This document shows, one piece after another, positions 22,101 through 36,310 of a stretch of 37,876 bases of DNA (the first letter of the stretch is position 1; every line of letters begins with the position of its first letter). Position numbers and translations under genes: made by a program. The stretch spans positions 1 to 37,876 of the forward strand of contig NW_021836827.1 in the NCBI RefSeq assembly GCF_006345805.1. The letters are read 5' to 3'. This stretch comes from Octopus sinensis. Lineage: Eukaryota. The notes beneath the pieces were generated by a model that ran no database searches, was not told the DNA's origin, and saw only the letters and a list, made by a program, of their open reading frames with translations.

Positions 22101-22994
22101 TTATATTACCAAAACTTTATTTTTCATATGTCCTGGCAACACCCAGACAATATTCTTATCTACTTGACGCTTTTCTAAAACAAACGCCATTGTTTTTATC
22201 GATTATTGGGATGGCGATATCTGCTCAAAGATACGAATTCATCTCTCTAGTTACTAAAATGCAAACCCGACGAATTTTCCTCGTTTCGCAGAATATATTT
22301 CAGTTGGTTGAAAAGTATGCTTGTTGTTCACTGATGACAAGACTATGATCAGAGGCGTTTCGGTCATGATCATCCCATCGATTTACATATATTGCAATGT
22401 GTGTTGTGTCTTTACGTGGTTAAGGCGGTAGGCTGTGAGACAATGGAATCATTGTCTCAAATGCTTACGATAGGGCTGATAGCGAGAGTGTTCAATTAAT
22501 GGACATTTATTTGTCCTGAAACCTACATCAACAATCATTATAGTAATATATCATATGATGTGAATGTTAACTTTCATAGATCTTTCCGAAATATAGGCTC
22601 CAACTTACTATCAAGATGAACCATCAATTTCTTAAATGACATCTAGGATTGAATTATTCTGTTGCTTGCAGAAGAATGAAAGTGATATTTTACGTGCTTT
22701 ACTCTCCATGTGTGTTTAGCATATTGTAACTTTCATGTACATGGCTTATCTCTAGTACAACATACCCTCGAATATTTAAGGGCGTCCAGTTCACCCTGTG
22801 TAACTTGCCGCAGGACTCACACATCAGATGCAGGTACCAGAGGGTAAAGACGGTACTAATTCCCTAAGTTGTTCACGTGAGCATCTGCATACCAATTTAT
22901 TATTATTCCATATACACACAACAGTTTAGATTGTGTGAGTATGATTATGTAGGTATATATATATAAATATATATACATATATGTATATATATAT

Positions 22995-23026
<32 letters not shown>

Positions 23027-23027
23027 A

Positions 23028-23167
23028 GATGAGTGTATTTTATCTTGTTAACATTTAACACGGATAAATGAATGAATAGTTACCAGGAATAAGTATCAGT
23101 GGAATTTTTGAAACATATGTAGAAAGAAAAAATACTTGTTTAACCTGCGTTAACTCCATTTTTTATT

Positions 23168-23169
<2 letters not shown>
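23028..23169. other. 142-nt sequence inside (TA)n, present in only one duplicate
   Basis: Paralogous site 17535-17595 is a pure TA tract. Confidence 0.8.
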
Positions 23170-23235
<66 letters not shown>

Positions 23236-23374
23236 ATTATATATATATTATTATACATATATATATATTTATGTATATGTGGGTTTCTATGTGCATGTGT
23301 GGTGAGTACATGCACAAGTGTACGGGGTTAAACATACACAACAACGCAACACACTCACATATATGTGTATATAT

Positions 23375-23580
23375 GTCGTTCAAAATGTGACATCGCGTGT
23401 ACTGTTGGCGATTTTTTTTTACTCTGCCTTCCTTCTCTGGCTATTCCTTCTCCTATGTTTCCGATGAAGAGCTCCGCTCGAAACGTTCAACCCTCCTTCT
23501 TCCTGAGCGTCCAATAATACTATATTTGTTCCAAGTCCTAGCGTTGTTGTGTTTTTTTGTGCTTTCTTGTTTGGATTAAC
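23375..23580 (+). mobile_element. Duplicate of the 17700-17906 element; hammerhead motif at 23457-23491
   Basis: Same CCGATGA-agagctccgctc-GAAACGTTC core; one A missing from the stem I 3' arm. Confidence 0.75.
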
Positions 23581-23613
<33 letters not shown>

Positions 23614-24648
23614 ATATATATATATTATATATATATATATGTATTCATACGCATCAGAGATCTACCCACACATATAAAAAGTGTATTCTTTTCTTTAATT
23701 CTTTTATGTGTTTAAATCATTTGACTGCGGCCTTGCTGGAGTGCCACCTCAAAAGCCTTTAAACCGAAGAGTCGAAGAAATTTACCTCTGGGCTGATTTA
23801 TTGTAAGCCTAGGACATATTTTATTGATCGCTTTTGCCGAACAACTATGTTAAGGCAGGCATAAAAGACATGATCTCAAGCTGTGAGCAAACATAGTCAC
23901 ACACACACACACACACAAACACAGTCACAAACACACACACACACACAGAGGCGCCTATGTATATAATATAAAACGGACTTCGAGGCTATAGTAGAACACA
24001 CATTCCTAGGTGCCATGCAGTGAAACTAAACCTGGATCTATGTGCTTGCGGAGCAAGTTTCTTACCACATAGTCACGCCTATGCATGTGTGTTTATGTAG
24101 AAGTCTATATATCGGATGAACAGGACAAACAAATGTTTAAATAAAACTTCTTACGTGCGTGTAACAACGTTATGGTTGCTTGGAACCAAATACTCACCGA
24201 CAAATGACCGTCAGGAACAACGTTATTCTATTAAGTTGCATAGTTATACAAAGATAGAGAGAGATGGAAAAATAAATCATATATATGTGTGTGTGTGTAT
24301 ATATATGTTAAATCTTAAAAGAAAAGTAACAAAAATCGATTTATCTATTCGCGTTCAGAATTCCTTTCCAGTCGAACTCCCAATTGCCTTTCATTTCTCA
24401 GAGGTGCTGAAGTCCAATTGGTTGACTGTCCACCTCCCCCACAAAACACAACCACTGGCATTCTACCTAATCCAGAAATGTAGGATTTTGGACGATGAAT
24501 TGCTACGCGGTGTCATATGTAATCATGTATGGTTATATAAAGATGCATCAGGATATATACATACACAAACACGCACAAATATGTGTGTGTGTGAGTGTGT
24601 GTGTGCATACGAGTGTGTGTATGTACGTACGTTTGTATATATATATAT

Positions 24649-24706
<58 letters not shown>

Positions 24707-24807
24707 GGACAGACGGACAGAGAGAGATATTTATATATGGATGTATATGTGAGCGTGTGTCTACATGTGTGTGTGAATACATTCACATGTGTACGAGGCG
24801 AAACATT

Positions 24808-24842
<35 letters not shown>

Positions 24843-26594
24843 ATATATATATATATATAGATATATAAATACATATATATATGTTCATACGCATTTAGAT
24901 ATATATACACACACATACGCACACACATGTACAAATGCGTATTCTGTTTCTTTAATTCTTTTACTTGTTGAAGTCATTTTCCTGCGCCCATTCTGGAGCA
25001 CCATATCAAAAGCCTTTAAAACCAATAGATTGACATCAGAGCTTATTCTTTTTAAGCCAAGTACGTATTTTATTGGCCGCTTTTGCCGAACCGCAATGTT
25101 AAGGAGGGGGCGTAAAAACCTGCTGTCAAGATAAGAATGGGTAACAAACATAGTCGCAAAGACAGAGACACTCATGCAGAAACTCACACACACACACACA
25201 CACACACACATATGCATCAGATATATATATATATATATATATAAAACGAACTTCTTTCGGTTTCCGTCTACCAAATCCACTCGTAAGGCTTTGGTCGGCC
25301 CGAGGCTATAGTAGAAGACACTTTCCCAAATTGCCATGCAGTGAAACTGAACCTGGAACTATCTGCTTGCGAAACATGTTTCTTACCACAGAGCCACGCC
25401 TATGCATATGTGTTTATGTATAAATCTATATATAGGATGAACAGGACAAACAAATATTTGAATAATAATTCTGACGTGCATGTAACAACGTTATGGTTGC
25501 TTGGAACCAAATTCTCACCGACAAAAGATCGTCAGGAACAAGGATATTCTATTAAGTTGCATAGTAATAGAAAGATAGAGAGAGAGGGAGAAATGAATCA
25601 TATATACGTGTGTGTGTGTAGATACAAATGTTAAATCTTAAAAGAAAATTTTAAAAAATTATTTACCTTTGTAACGCCGGCTCCAAATATGACTTGAATT
25701 AAGTTTGAATTTTTTACAGAAATTAAATATTTTATCCACTTCTCTGAATATTCTATTGCCTCATATAAGTTTTTTGTCTCACGATCCAGCTGCTATCCGA
25801 TAAGAATACTGAATGAAATACCCGGTTGTAATAATTCTCTATTTTTTTTTAAAACGTGAGTGCAGTATTTTCTCTTGTTGTATGTGATTGGCTGCAATTC
25901 TTTAATATCCGGAACATGAATTCATTTTCCAGCTATACATCGTTCCTACACGTCAAGTGTTGAAATGTTCGCCGTGCAACATGAGATGAAGTGTCTTGGG
26001 CGCAATACACCTCTCGATCCTGTATTTGAAATCACGACCTTGTTATCGTGAGTAGCACCTTTAACCACGATTTCATGTGTCCTCGACTTTATTTTTCATA
26101 TGTCCTGGCAACACCCAGAGAATATTCTTATCTACTTGACGCTTTTCTAAAACAAACGCCATTGTTTTAATCGATTATTGGGATGGCGATATCAGCTCAA
26201 AGAAACGACCTCATCTCTCTAGTTACTAAAATGCAAACCCGACGAATTTTCCTCGTTTCCCAGAATATATTTCAGTTGTTTGTAAAGAATGCTTGTTGTT
26301 CACTGATGAAAAGACTATGATCAGAGGCGTTTCGGTCATGATCATCCCGTCGATTTCCTTACATCGCAATGTATGTTGTGTTCTCTCCGTGGTTAATACG
26401 GTAGGGTGTGAGACAATGGAATATCATTGTCTCAAATGCTTACGATAGGGCTGATAGCGTAAATGTTCAAGTAATGGACATTCATTAGTCTTGAATCCTA
26501 CATCTACAACAATTATTGTTTGCCATCAGATGATGTGGATGTTAGTTTTCATAGATCTCTCCGAAATATTAGTCCGACCTTACTATTAAGATGC

Positions 26595-28300
26595 TGCTTA
26601 GAAACTCTGTCTCCCTTTTCAGCTTCCTTTCAGCAACCATAACCATGTCTCAATATTACTATTTCCTGCAACTATCTTTGCCAATCGACCATGCAAAACA
26701 TTCTCATGTCAGTTAGATAATCTCCCTTATTTTTCTGGTTTGAATTTCATTTGGCTTTTTCCTTTCCTATCTCCTACTGTAACTCTTGCAACTCATAAAT
26801 TTTAAACACTATTATATATATCAACTCTGGCTAACTCTACGCTACCTTATGCTGATATTAAACCTCTTCCACCTTCGTAATTCTAAGTAAGTGCAATCTT
26901 GCTCTTCCTAATCGAGGCAGGAGTCCTCCATTCATATTGAATTCTTTCTTAGTTCTGTCTAGATTTGCTCCTTCAGACCTTTTCCAATCAACGAAATCTG
27001 CTGAATACCGAAGTAACTATACTTCCCAAAGTTTTTACAACCTTTACTAGATTTAGAACACTTCGCTTTCCCTTCATTAGCTTCTTCACCCTTCCGATGT
27101 ACTCCTTATCTATTTTTGTTTCCATTTCCATTGTAAGTACACTCTCAGATTCTAATACTCCGAAGCACTTATGATTCTCGGCCTTCAGTGATTTTACTCT
27201 CTTGCCATCTGGCCTTCACTTCTGACTACCTGTCCCCTTCTTATGACTTATGTTGCGCACATATCTATGCCAAATTCCATGCCTATATCTTTGCTGAAGA
27301 GTCTTACAATTCGTATTAAGGAACCAAAAAGCTTCTAATCGTCCAACTTGAGCAAATGATTAATATTTCTTTTGACATCTCTAAACTGATACCCTGCCTT
27401 TGCCTGTCTTAGTACTAAATTGACGACAGTTAAACATAACACATATATTAATGGAGATAACGACTCTCCCTGGAGAATTCCTAGCCTGTTATTAACTTTT
27501 CCTAAGGCAGTGTCACCTGAGTAGAGATATACTTTCCAATTCTTTGCACTATTGCTGTAACTAATTAAGTCTCTTGTGTTGTCTGCAATACTGAATATAC
27601 TCAAATATTTACTTATCCGTGAGTGTTCAATCATGTCATATGATTTATATACTGTTGAAGTTTGCATTCTCGATTTTAGAACTGCTTTCTCTGTGTGTAA
27701 TAGATCGTGCGTTCCTCTAGCCTTCTTTCTGCAATCATTTCAGTTCTTCTGGTAACAAATTCTGGTTGTCAAGTTGCTTCTAAATGTTTTCTGTGTGCAT
27801 TCATGTTAAAAGTCTCTACATTGGGAATTTGCCTGGTTTTTGACTATTTTGGCTTTTATGTAGTTAGCTATGAACACCTGATCGTGTGCAGTTGCTTACA
27901 AAAACTGTCTCCTTTTTCATTTTCCTTTCTGAAACCATATTAGTGTGTAACTATCCCTTGGGTTTTTCTTTCTGTACCCACTCTGTTCCACTGGTGCTTT
28001 GTAATTTATTTCCAGGAAATTATACACCTAATTAGATATTATTCCTGTATCCAGCTTCCACATGTGGGGCAGACAGGTGATAGGCCGGTGATTATCCACT
28101 GCATTGCTTTTTTGGGATTCTTTTGGCAAAGTATTGTTTTACTTGTGGTCAGCGTCTTTGGGATTAGTACCCCGTTGTTGATAATTTATATATTTGCTTG
28201 GCTATTCTTCTGTGTAGTGATGGGGACATTTTCAGCCAATATCCTTGTACCCTATCCAGTCCTGGGTATTTCCAGTTTGGCGATTTAATCACTCTGGCCC
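26595..28300 (-). mobile_element. Old, heavily decayed R4/Dong-like LINE fragment (RT domain)
   Basis: YKSYDMIEHSRI, GILQGESLSPLIYVLCL, NHLLKLDD, then GMEFGIDMCA and EGGRGL-like motifs; truncates the last tandem unit. Confidence 0.85.
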
Positions 28301-28606
28301 ACATTGATAGTCAAATATACAATGAGTCGACTGGCGTTTATATACCTGCTTTTTCTCATCCTTAATTTCTAAACAATCCTCTTCTTTCAATTTACCCTCT
28401 CTCTCTCTCTCCTCTACTCACTTAATTTAATTTAACTCTCTATACTTATATACGATAACTATGCGAGAATTTGTATGTGTGTGTGTCTGTGTGTGCAAAC
28501 AGACATTTTCTGTCCATCTCTAAACTCATACGTATGCATGTGTATGTATGGCCGCTTAATTGTGTGTATCTGACTGTGTATATCAATGGGAATATGCCAC
28601 TGCTTA

Positions 28607-28637
<31 letters not shown>

Positions 28638-29140
28638 TGTGTGTGTCTGTGTGTGCATATGTTAGTGCGTGTGTATATATGTATGTCTCTGGCTGTATGC
28701 ATGTGTGTGTATACATTCATCCCCTTAACCATTAAGTCAAACACCCCCTCACTATATAGACTAATCTCTATATACTCTCATATATTTCTCATTCGCCTAA
28801 TAATAGACGCTTTCAAGGCCTTACAAATCTGATTCACTTTCTATTCAAAAATGCAACTGTTAACTTCCATTATCCTTTGCCAGGGATTTTTCTGGAAACT
28901 TTACTAACTCTTCGATCACGAAAATACCCAACACATTTATCTGAGAATTCCATGGTTTCGCAAAAGACTGGTAACGAATAATATCCTCGATAGAGGATAT
29001 GATGCATTTCTGCATTTTCTTTTTTTTTCTCTAATAACGGAATGATTTGCCTACTTGGAATTCTTTACTCAATAACATCCTTAGCTATTCTAGAAACAGC
29101 TATAAGAGACTTTGTGCATATTTGTAACCACTCTGCACAG

Positions 29141-29505
29141 TTCTTTTATTTGTTTCAGCCATTTTACTGCGGCCGTGCTGGAGCACCACCTTTTTAATCG
29201 AACTTATTATTTGTAAGCCTTGTACTTATTCTATGAGTCTCCCTTCCTGAACCACTAAATTACGGGGACGTAAACTCACCAACATCGGTTGTCAAGCGAT
29301 GGTGGGGGACAAACACAGACACACAAACTCACACACACACATACACATGATGGGCTTCTTTCAGTTTCCATCTTCCAGATCCACTAACAAGGCTTTGGTC
29401 GGCCCGAGGTTATAGTAGAACGCATCTTTCCAAAGTGCTACGCAGTGGGACTGAACCCCGAACCATGTAGTTGGTAAGCACGCTGCTTACTAAACAGCTA
29501 CTCCT
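29141..29505 (-). mobile_element. Near full-length tRNA-derived SINE (octopus OK/OR-like) with internal (CA)n
   Basis: Head ggagtagctgtttagtaag...ggttcagtcccactgcg; tail ...ggtgctccagcacggccgcagt...tgaaacaaataaaagaa. Confidence 0.9.
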
Positions 29506-30093
29506 ACACCCACACTTATATTATAAATTATAAAATGAATGTACTTGAATAACGCTAAATATTTTGCTTCATCATTATTTGTTATAATTTATGTCCCTCC
29601 GCTCAATGATCAACCACTCCGTAAAACCGCTGATACGCAATTTCTGCACCACATTTTTTTGTTCAAGCCGGTGTTTTAGTGGTAAACCAAACTGAGCAGT
29701 CACACTACATACGACCTTTTACATGATTTTCTTTTGTATCAACGCGAAGGTATAATATATACTTTTATGTGGCTTTGGCGAGTGGCATGGAACACATTTC
29801 TTCTATTTGTATGTATTTCAATTACTCGTGTAACGAACAATTCCTTTAACGAACATGGCTCGGGAAGGATTATGTGTATATATAGAGATGCCACTGGTTT
29901 GAAAAGTTTTGAGTCGAACTAATTGACTTCTGTGCTTAATGTTTTAAGCCTGGAAATTATTTTATTGGAGTATAGTGGTGAACCTCTAAGTTACCGGGAT
30001 TTAAACACACCAACACAGTTCATCAAGCCGTGGGACAAACACGGACACAAAGACACACACACACACACACTGATACATACAGACAGACATATA

Positions 30094-30466
30094 TAGGCAT
30101 AGTAGTGGCCGTAGAGTAAGAAACACATGGTTCCGGGTTCAGTTCCGCTGCGAGACACCTTGGCTGAGTGTCTTCTACTATAGTCAAGGGCCGACCAAAG
30201 CCTTTTGAGTGGATTTCATAGATGGAAACAGAAATAAGCCCGTCGTATGTGTGTGTGTGGTATTTGTGTGTCTATATTTGTCCCTCCACCATCCCTTGAC
30301 AACCGATGTTGGTGTGCTTACGTCCCTGTAATCTAGCGGTTCTGGAAAAGAAACTGATAGAATAAGTACTAGGCTTACAAAGAATAAGTCCTAGGGTCGA
30401 TTTGTTCGACTGAAGGCGGAGATCCAACATAGCCGCAGTCAAATGACTGAAACAAGTAAAGGAATA
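30094..30466 (+). mobile_element. Near full-length SINE of the same family
   Basis: ggttccgggttcagttcc B-box-like; body ...caaatgactgaaacaagtaaaggaata. Confidence 0.9.
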
Positions 30467-30469
30467 GTC

Positions 30470-30627
30470 ACGACGGGCTTCTTTCCGTTTCCATCTACCA
30501 AATCCACTCCTGAGGATTTTGAGAGTCCAATGGCTACAGTAGAAGACACGTTCGTAGTGTACCACGCAGTGGAAATGAACCCGAAACCAGATTTGGAAGC
30601 AAGCGTCTTACCACACAGCCTCGCCTA
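30470..30627 (-). mobile_element. SINE head fragment, inverted relative to the 30094 copy
   Basis: cgacgggcttctttc...ttaccacacagcc. Confidence 0.8.
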
Positions 30628-30779
30628 AACATGCACCCCTACACAGATTCAATCCAAGGAAACACGCATAAAGATGAAACACTCTTCAAGCCGTTCACTT
30701 TATAATTTGTTAAAACGATTAACATGGTGTCCATTAGTGAGTGATGCTGTGTTTTGTTTTATTTCTCCTACACGTAGAT

Positions 30780-30910
30780 TTCAAAGTTTGGCACAACACC
30801 AGCAATTTCGGGGGAGGGTGTAAGTTGATTGCATCGACCCCAGTACATAACTGATATTCATTTCATCGACCACGGAAGGATAAAAGGCAAAGACAACCTC
30901 GGCGGAATAT
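30780..30910 (-). mobile_element. Nin/Deu-domain SINE 3' fragment
   Basis: Reverse complement attccgccgaggttgtctttgccttttatccttccgtggtcgatgaaat. Confidence 0.75.
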
Positions 30911-31038
30911 TTCTACTTAATATTTAATATTATTACGTTCATGCATTTTTGAAATTGGGTGTTCAAACAGAAATTCTTCTATTTGGAGATGGTCGTCTGT
31001 TGCCAATGAAACACACGCAATATATATTTGATCTTCAC

Positions 31039-31092
<54 letters not shown>

Positions 31093-31096
<4 letters not shown>

Positions 31097-31235
31097 TATG
31101 TTTGACTTTTGCCTTGTATTTGTAGAAGTTGGCTCCAAGTCTCATCCAGAGACCACAAGAGACAACAGGTTGGAAGTTCATGTTGCTGTTATGCCTAGTG
31201 TGCCATATATTTGCTTTTTTTGTTGTTGTACTAGT
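31093..31235 (-). mobile_element. Extremely 5'-truncated copy (3' UTR only) of the Dong LINE at 32251
   Basis: Matches 32251-32390; (ATT)n on both sides. Confidence 0.9.
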
Positions 31236-31250
31236 TAATTATTATTATTA

Positions 31251-31309
<59 letters not shown>

Positions 31310-31412
31310 TTATTATTATTATTTTTATTATTATAATTATTGTTATTATTATTGTTGTTGTTGTTGTTATTGGTACACCGGGCGACACGCTTAGAAGTAT
31401 TTCGTCAGCCCG

Positions 31413-31770
31413 AAGGTGGCGAGCTTGCAGAAACGTTAGCTCGTCGGGCGAAATGCTTAGCAGTATTTCGTCTACGATTACGTTCTGAGTTCAAATTCCG
31501 CCAAGGTCGACATTGCCTTTCATCCTTTCGGGGTCGATTAAATAAGTACCAGTTACGCACTGGTGTCGATAAAAATGACTTAATCCGTTTGTTTGTCCTT
31601 GTTTGACCTCTCTGTGTATAGCACCTTGTGGGTAGTTAAAAAATAGATACTTCGTCTCTCACTGCGTTCTGAGTTCAAATTCCGCCGAGGTCGACTTTGC
31701 CTTTCATCCTTTCAGGGACGATAAATTAAGTACCAGTTCCACACTGAGGTCGATGTAATGGACTTGTCCT
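31413..31770 (+). mobile_element. tRNA-derived Nin/Deu-domain SINE plus tandem partial copy (from ~31650)
   Basis: ggcgagcttgcagaaacgttagc...gagttcaaattcc B-box...gcctttcatcctttcggggtcgat core. Confidence 0.85.
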
Positions 31771-31907
31771 TGTGCTTCCAAAGACAGGATAATAATAATA
31801 ATAATAATAATTATTATTATTATTATTATTATTATTAATATTATTATTATTATTATTACTATTATTATTATTATTATTATTATATTTATTATTATTTATC
31901 ATTCCTT

Positions 31908-32115
31908 AGGCGGAGAGCTGGCAGAATCGTTAGCACGTCGGGCATAATGCTTGGTAGTATTTCATCCATCATTAGTTTCTGAGTTCAAATTCCCCCGAGG
32001 TCAAGTTGGTATTTCATCATTTCGAGGTCTATAAATTAAATACCAGTTGAGTACTAGGGGCTATGTAATCGACTAACTCACTCCCAAAAATATTTCAGGC
32101 CTTGTGACTATAGTA
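31908..32115 (+). mobile_element. tRNA-derived Nin/Deu-domain SINE
   Basis: aggcggagagctggcagaatcgttagc...gagttcaaattcc...; flanked by ATT tracts. Confidence 0.85.
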
Positions 32116-32131
32116 TGAACGACTATTTTTA

Positions 32132-32163
<32 letters not shown>

Positions 32164-32214
32164 GTTGTTGTTGTTGTTGTTGTTGTTATTACTATTGTTG
32201 TTGTTGTTGTTGTA

Positions 32215-32249
<35 letters not shown>

Positions 32250-32250
32250 C

Positions 32251-34505
32251 ATTCTATGTTTGACTTTTGCTTTATATTTGTTCAAGTTGGCTCCAAGTCT
32301 CACCCAGAGACCTCAAGAGACAACAGGGTTGGAAGTTCATGTTGTTGTTATGCCTAGTGTGCCATATATTTGGGGGGTGGGGATGTTGTACTAATGAATG
32401 TCAAAAAAAAAAAAGTTTTTTTTTTTTTTCTTTTTTAAACCGAAAATTATGGTTGTTTTAAACCTTGAGGTTACATAGAGAGTATTTTGCGTAGGATATG
32501 AGCAGTTCCCATGAGCACTATCTTTTGAACTTCTGCCATTTTTGGGTTCCTGGTATCTGAGTTAGGTAGCTATCAGCCCCTTTTGCTATCATTTCCAGGG
32601 CACCTATGACAACAGGTATTGTTTTAGTCTTCAGCTTCCACATTTTGCTGATTTCTATTTCAAGATCTTTATATTTGCTCAGTTTTTGGTAGGTCCTGAC
32701 AGATACGTTTATATCGATTGGGACAGTCATATGAATGAGGAGGCATGTTCTTTGTTTGAAGTCTTTCAATATGATGTCTGGCCTATTTGCATCTATCTTC
32801 CTGTCAGTTTGAATGGTGAAGTTCCAGAGGAGTGAGATGTGATCATTTCAAGGCAGGGTGGTGTTTGTGTTCCCACCAGTTTTTTTTCATGGGGCAAATC
32901 CAGGTTTTACAGATTACCCAGTGAATATATTGTGCAGCTCTATCGTGCCTGTTGAGATACTCTGTAGGCGCTAGAAGACTGCACTTGGAGACCACATGGT
33001 CAATGGTTTCATTTTGTTGCTTGCATACACGACACGTTGGACTGCTTCTGATCTTTAATATGTTGGCCTGGTAGTTTCTTGTGGTAGGCATTGATCTTGA
33101 GCTGCTATGATAAACCCTTCTGTTTCAGATTTTAAGCCAGAGGCCATTAGCCATTGATGGGTCAGGGCTTTGTCGGTATCTGCATTATTCGCTCTCTTTG
33201 GGTATTTGCCATAGAGAGGTTTTTCTTGCCATTTATTATTCAGAATATCTAAGGCCGCAGTTTTGGCACGGGTTTTCATGCGCCTAGCTTTTTCTGTGCT
33301 TGTTTCTTGTATGTCTATCTCTAATTCCGAAATTGGTTGTATTCGGAATTCACTTAGATATTCCTTTGCCTGTTTTGTCACTGAGTATGATGCTTTCTTG
33401 TTTTCATGTTTTGAGAACAAGTTTTAAACACCCAGTCCTCAGAGTTTTTCAGGTAGGTGTCTAGGCCAATTGTAGCAATCTTCATTGTTATTGCCAGTTG
33501 CAAAAGACCACGGCCTCCCTCTTTTCTTGGCAGATAGAGTCGTTCGTTCTGTATCTGCCTTAGGGTGGTGCATTCTATGCATTGTCAACAGTTTCCTTAT
33601 TTTTCTGTCGAGCTGACATATTTCAGTAATTGACCAGTTAACAATATTGAAACTGTAAGTCACGACTGGTATAGCTAATGCATTGATTGCTTCGATCCTG
33701 TTTCTTGCATTCAGCTCTGTCTTGAGTATTGCTCTCACTCTTCGATAGCATTCTCTCCTGATCCTTTCCTTCATCTCTGAATGCCTTATTCCGTTCCCTT
33801 CAATTACCCCTAGGTACTTGTAGCTCTTCGCTGGGTCTAGTCCTTTTATGACATTCTGTTGGTCAAGGTTAACGTTAGATGTTTCTGTCATTTTTCCTTT
33901 GATAAAGGTAGCCTTTGCACATTTATCGAGGCCGAATTGCATTCTGATGTCGTCACTGAATTGTTTGACTATCGCTAGTAAGCCCTTGAGTTGTTGATCA
34001 TTTTTTGCAAAAAGCTTTAAATCATCCATGTAAACGAGATGATTTATATTTTTATCAAACATTTTATACCCGTACTGCGCGTCATTGAGCAGCTTTGAGA
34101 GAGGTATTAAGGATAAACAAAAGAGGGGAGGGTGACAGTGAGTCACCCTGGAAAATGCCACACGAAATTTTTACATCACCAGCATTTAGGGATTCACTGT
34201 CACTGTTCAGAGTTAGTGTGGTTCTCCATGATCTCATACTTACAGTCAAGAAGTTTCGCAGAGTTGGTGCTATCTTATACATTTCAAGGCATTTCCTAAT
34301 CCAGCTATGTGGTAGGCTATCAAAAGCCCTTTTATAGTCTATCCAGGCTATTGATAAGTTTGTGTCGTTTGTGACAATCTTCTAAGATCATCTTATTGAT
34401 GAGTAGTTGGTCTTTACAGCCGTAGGATCCACGTTTACATCCTTTCTGTTCATTAGGGAATATGCTGCTGTCTGTTAAAAAACTATAGGTATATTCCGTC
34501 AGGAC

Positions 34506-34506
<1 letters not shown>
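32251..34506 (-). mobile_element. 5'-truncated R4/Dong-clade non-LTR retrotransposon (RT + CCHC + restriction-like endonuclease), frameshifted
   Basis: WIDYK, GIFQGDSLSP, HLVYMDDLK, FGLDKCA, YKYLG, CRVCKQQNETIDHVVSKC, RHD, RPDII..KLSKYKDLEIE; (ATT)n at both ends (32120-32250, 34506-34557), the known Dong target. Confidence 0.96.
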
Positions 34507-34559
<53 letters not shown>

Positions 34560-34998
34560 TTAGTTTATTTTAATTCTTCCGTCTCACATACTATGATCTC
34601 CTCATCGACTCTCTGCTCCACCTATTTCTTCTTATTCCGCTTATTCCGTATTAAAAATTACATTGAAAGTGTACTTATCTACTGTTTGTCAAGTGGATTG
34701 TTTATCAAATAATTTATACTCGGAACAATTGTACATATATCCCTGGTTAAAACGGAATTTCCCACTTGGTGTGGCTACATTGTTTAGTAATTGTCTGCAA
34801 GTGCTATGATACTTGTGAAGCTTACTTTCAACGACGCAAATGTCTCGTTTTCACAAATGTAACTTGATGGTTGCATGAAAAATTCGGACAAGCTGAAGTA
34901 GACGGGGTGGGTAGCGCAGGTCGGTGGCGGGTGTTGAACCCCTTATTGGTGAGAGGAGGAAAAAAGACGAATGAATACACGCACATACACAACAAACA

Positions 34999-35030
<32 letters not shown>

Positions 35031-35273
35031 TATATGTGTGTGTGTGTGTATATACGTGGAGAGAGAGAGACTTTTAGTGGGGCAACCAGATCGAACCGTC
35101 TCAAGTGTAACTGCCCGAGTTGGTCGTGTCTTGTGGGACTTGACTGAGGAAAGAAAGCCACGAATGAGCCGTCTATTTTTGCCTGTCCTTCTAATCGTTG
35201 TTTCTCCTGTCCGCCTTTCTATTGTCTATTTGTCCGAATCTTTTATTGTCCACTATTGCGTTTCTTTACCATT

Positions 35274-35361
<88 letters not shown>

Positions 35362-35724
35362 GTATGTATATATATATATATATATATGCACATATACACA
35401 GGTGTGTATGATTGTGTATAGAAGAATATATTACAGAAAGAAATTCCAACTTTGATTTTCATGATTTATTTACAATCTTATAATAATATATGATAAGATA
35501 AGATAACATAATGAAACGGTAGAATATCAAATATCCACTCTGATTGAACTAGTACTTTCATGCATTCTTCAAGTTGTATAAAAATAGTTATTGTCTGCAT
35601 CATTGGAAAGAGAAATAAATTCTGCATAAGGTGTAAAAGATAGAGGTAATTTGTATGGTGTTAGTAACAAAATATTTTGTAAGAAATAGGAATATTATCA
35701 TCGGTCTTAGATTTACTTTCGCCA

Positions 35725-36310
35725 GCGTAGATATGTGTGTGTATAAATATTAATTTTAAATCTTAACAGGAAAGTAGCGAAAATTGATTCACCTCGATAA
35801 TGCCGGCTCCAAATATGACTTCAGTTTTAATTTTTTACACAAATTAGACAAGGTTTCTCCACTTATCAGGATATTCTATTACCTCATGAAAGTTTATTGT
35901 CTCATTTTGCGGCTTGTATCGGATAAGAATACTGACCGAAGTACACATTTGTTATAACGCGTTATGTGTGGCGTTTTTTAACGGCAGTGTCAGTATTTTC
36001 TGTCGATATATGCGATTCGCTGAACTTTAATATCCGGAAAATAAATCCATTTTCCAGAAATTCACCATTCCTACGCGACGCAATGTAATATGAGATGAGA
36101 TGTTTTGCTTAAGAACGCAATACAATTCCCTTTACGGGAATTGAAACCGCAATCTCGCTATCGCGAATTCAGCACCATTAACAGCGTGGTCATACGCCTT
36201 GGACACCAATTATATTATTAAAATGGGACATGACATATGTAGGTGTGACAGCTTCCCAGAAAGCCTTCTTATCTACTAAGCGTTTTACTGAAGCAACACC
36301 CACTGAATTT
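35725..36310 (+). repeat. Older diverged paralog of the tandem unit
   Basis: gccggctccaaatatgacttcag, taatatccggaaaataaa and ttcttatctact motifs in the same order as 20080-20650. Confidence 0.85.

Noticed and set aside
28870-29007. 45-aa minus-strand ORF faintly like LRRNT (FRDRRVSKVSRKIP), with an 8-bp hairpin at 28981-29000
   Set aside because: Lacks the key Cys and Pro residues, a hydrophobic leader and a donor site.
35140-35175. CTGAGGA hammerhead-like core in a TA-flanked pyrimidine-rich segment
   Set aside because: No stem II followed by GAAA can be formed; at best a decayed relic.
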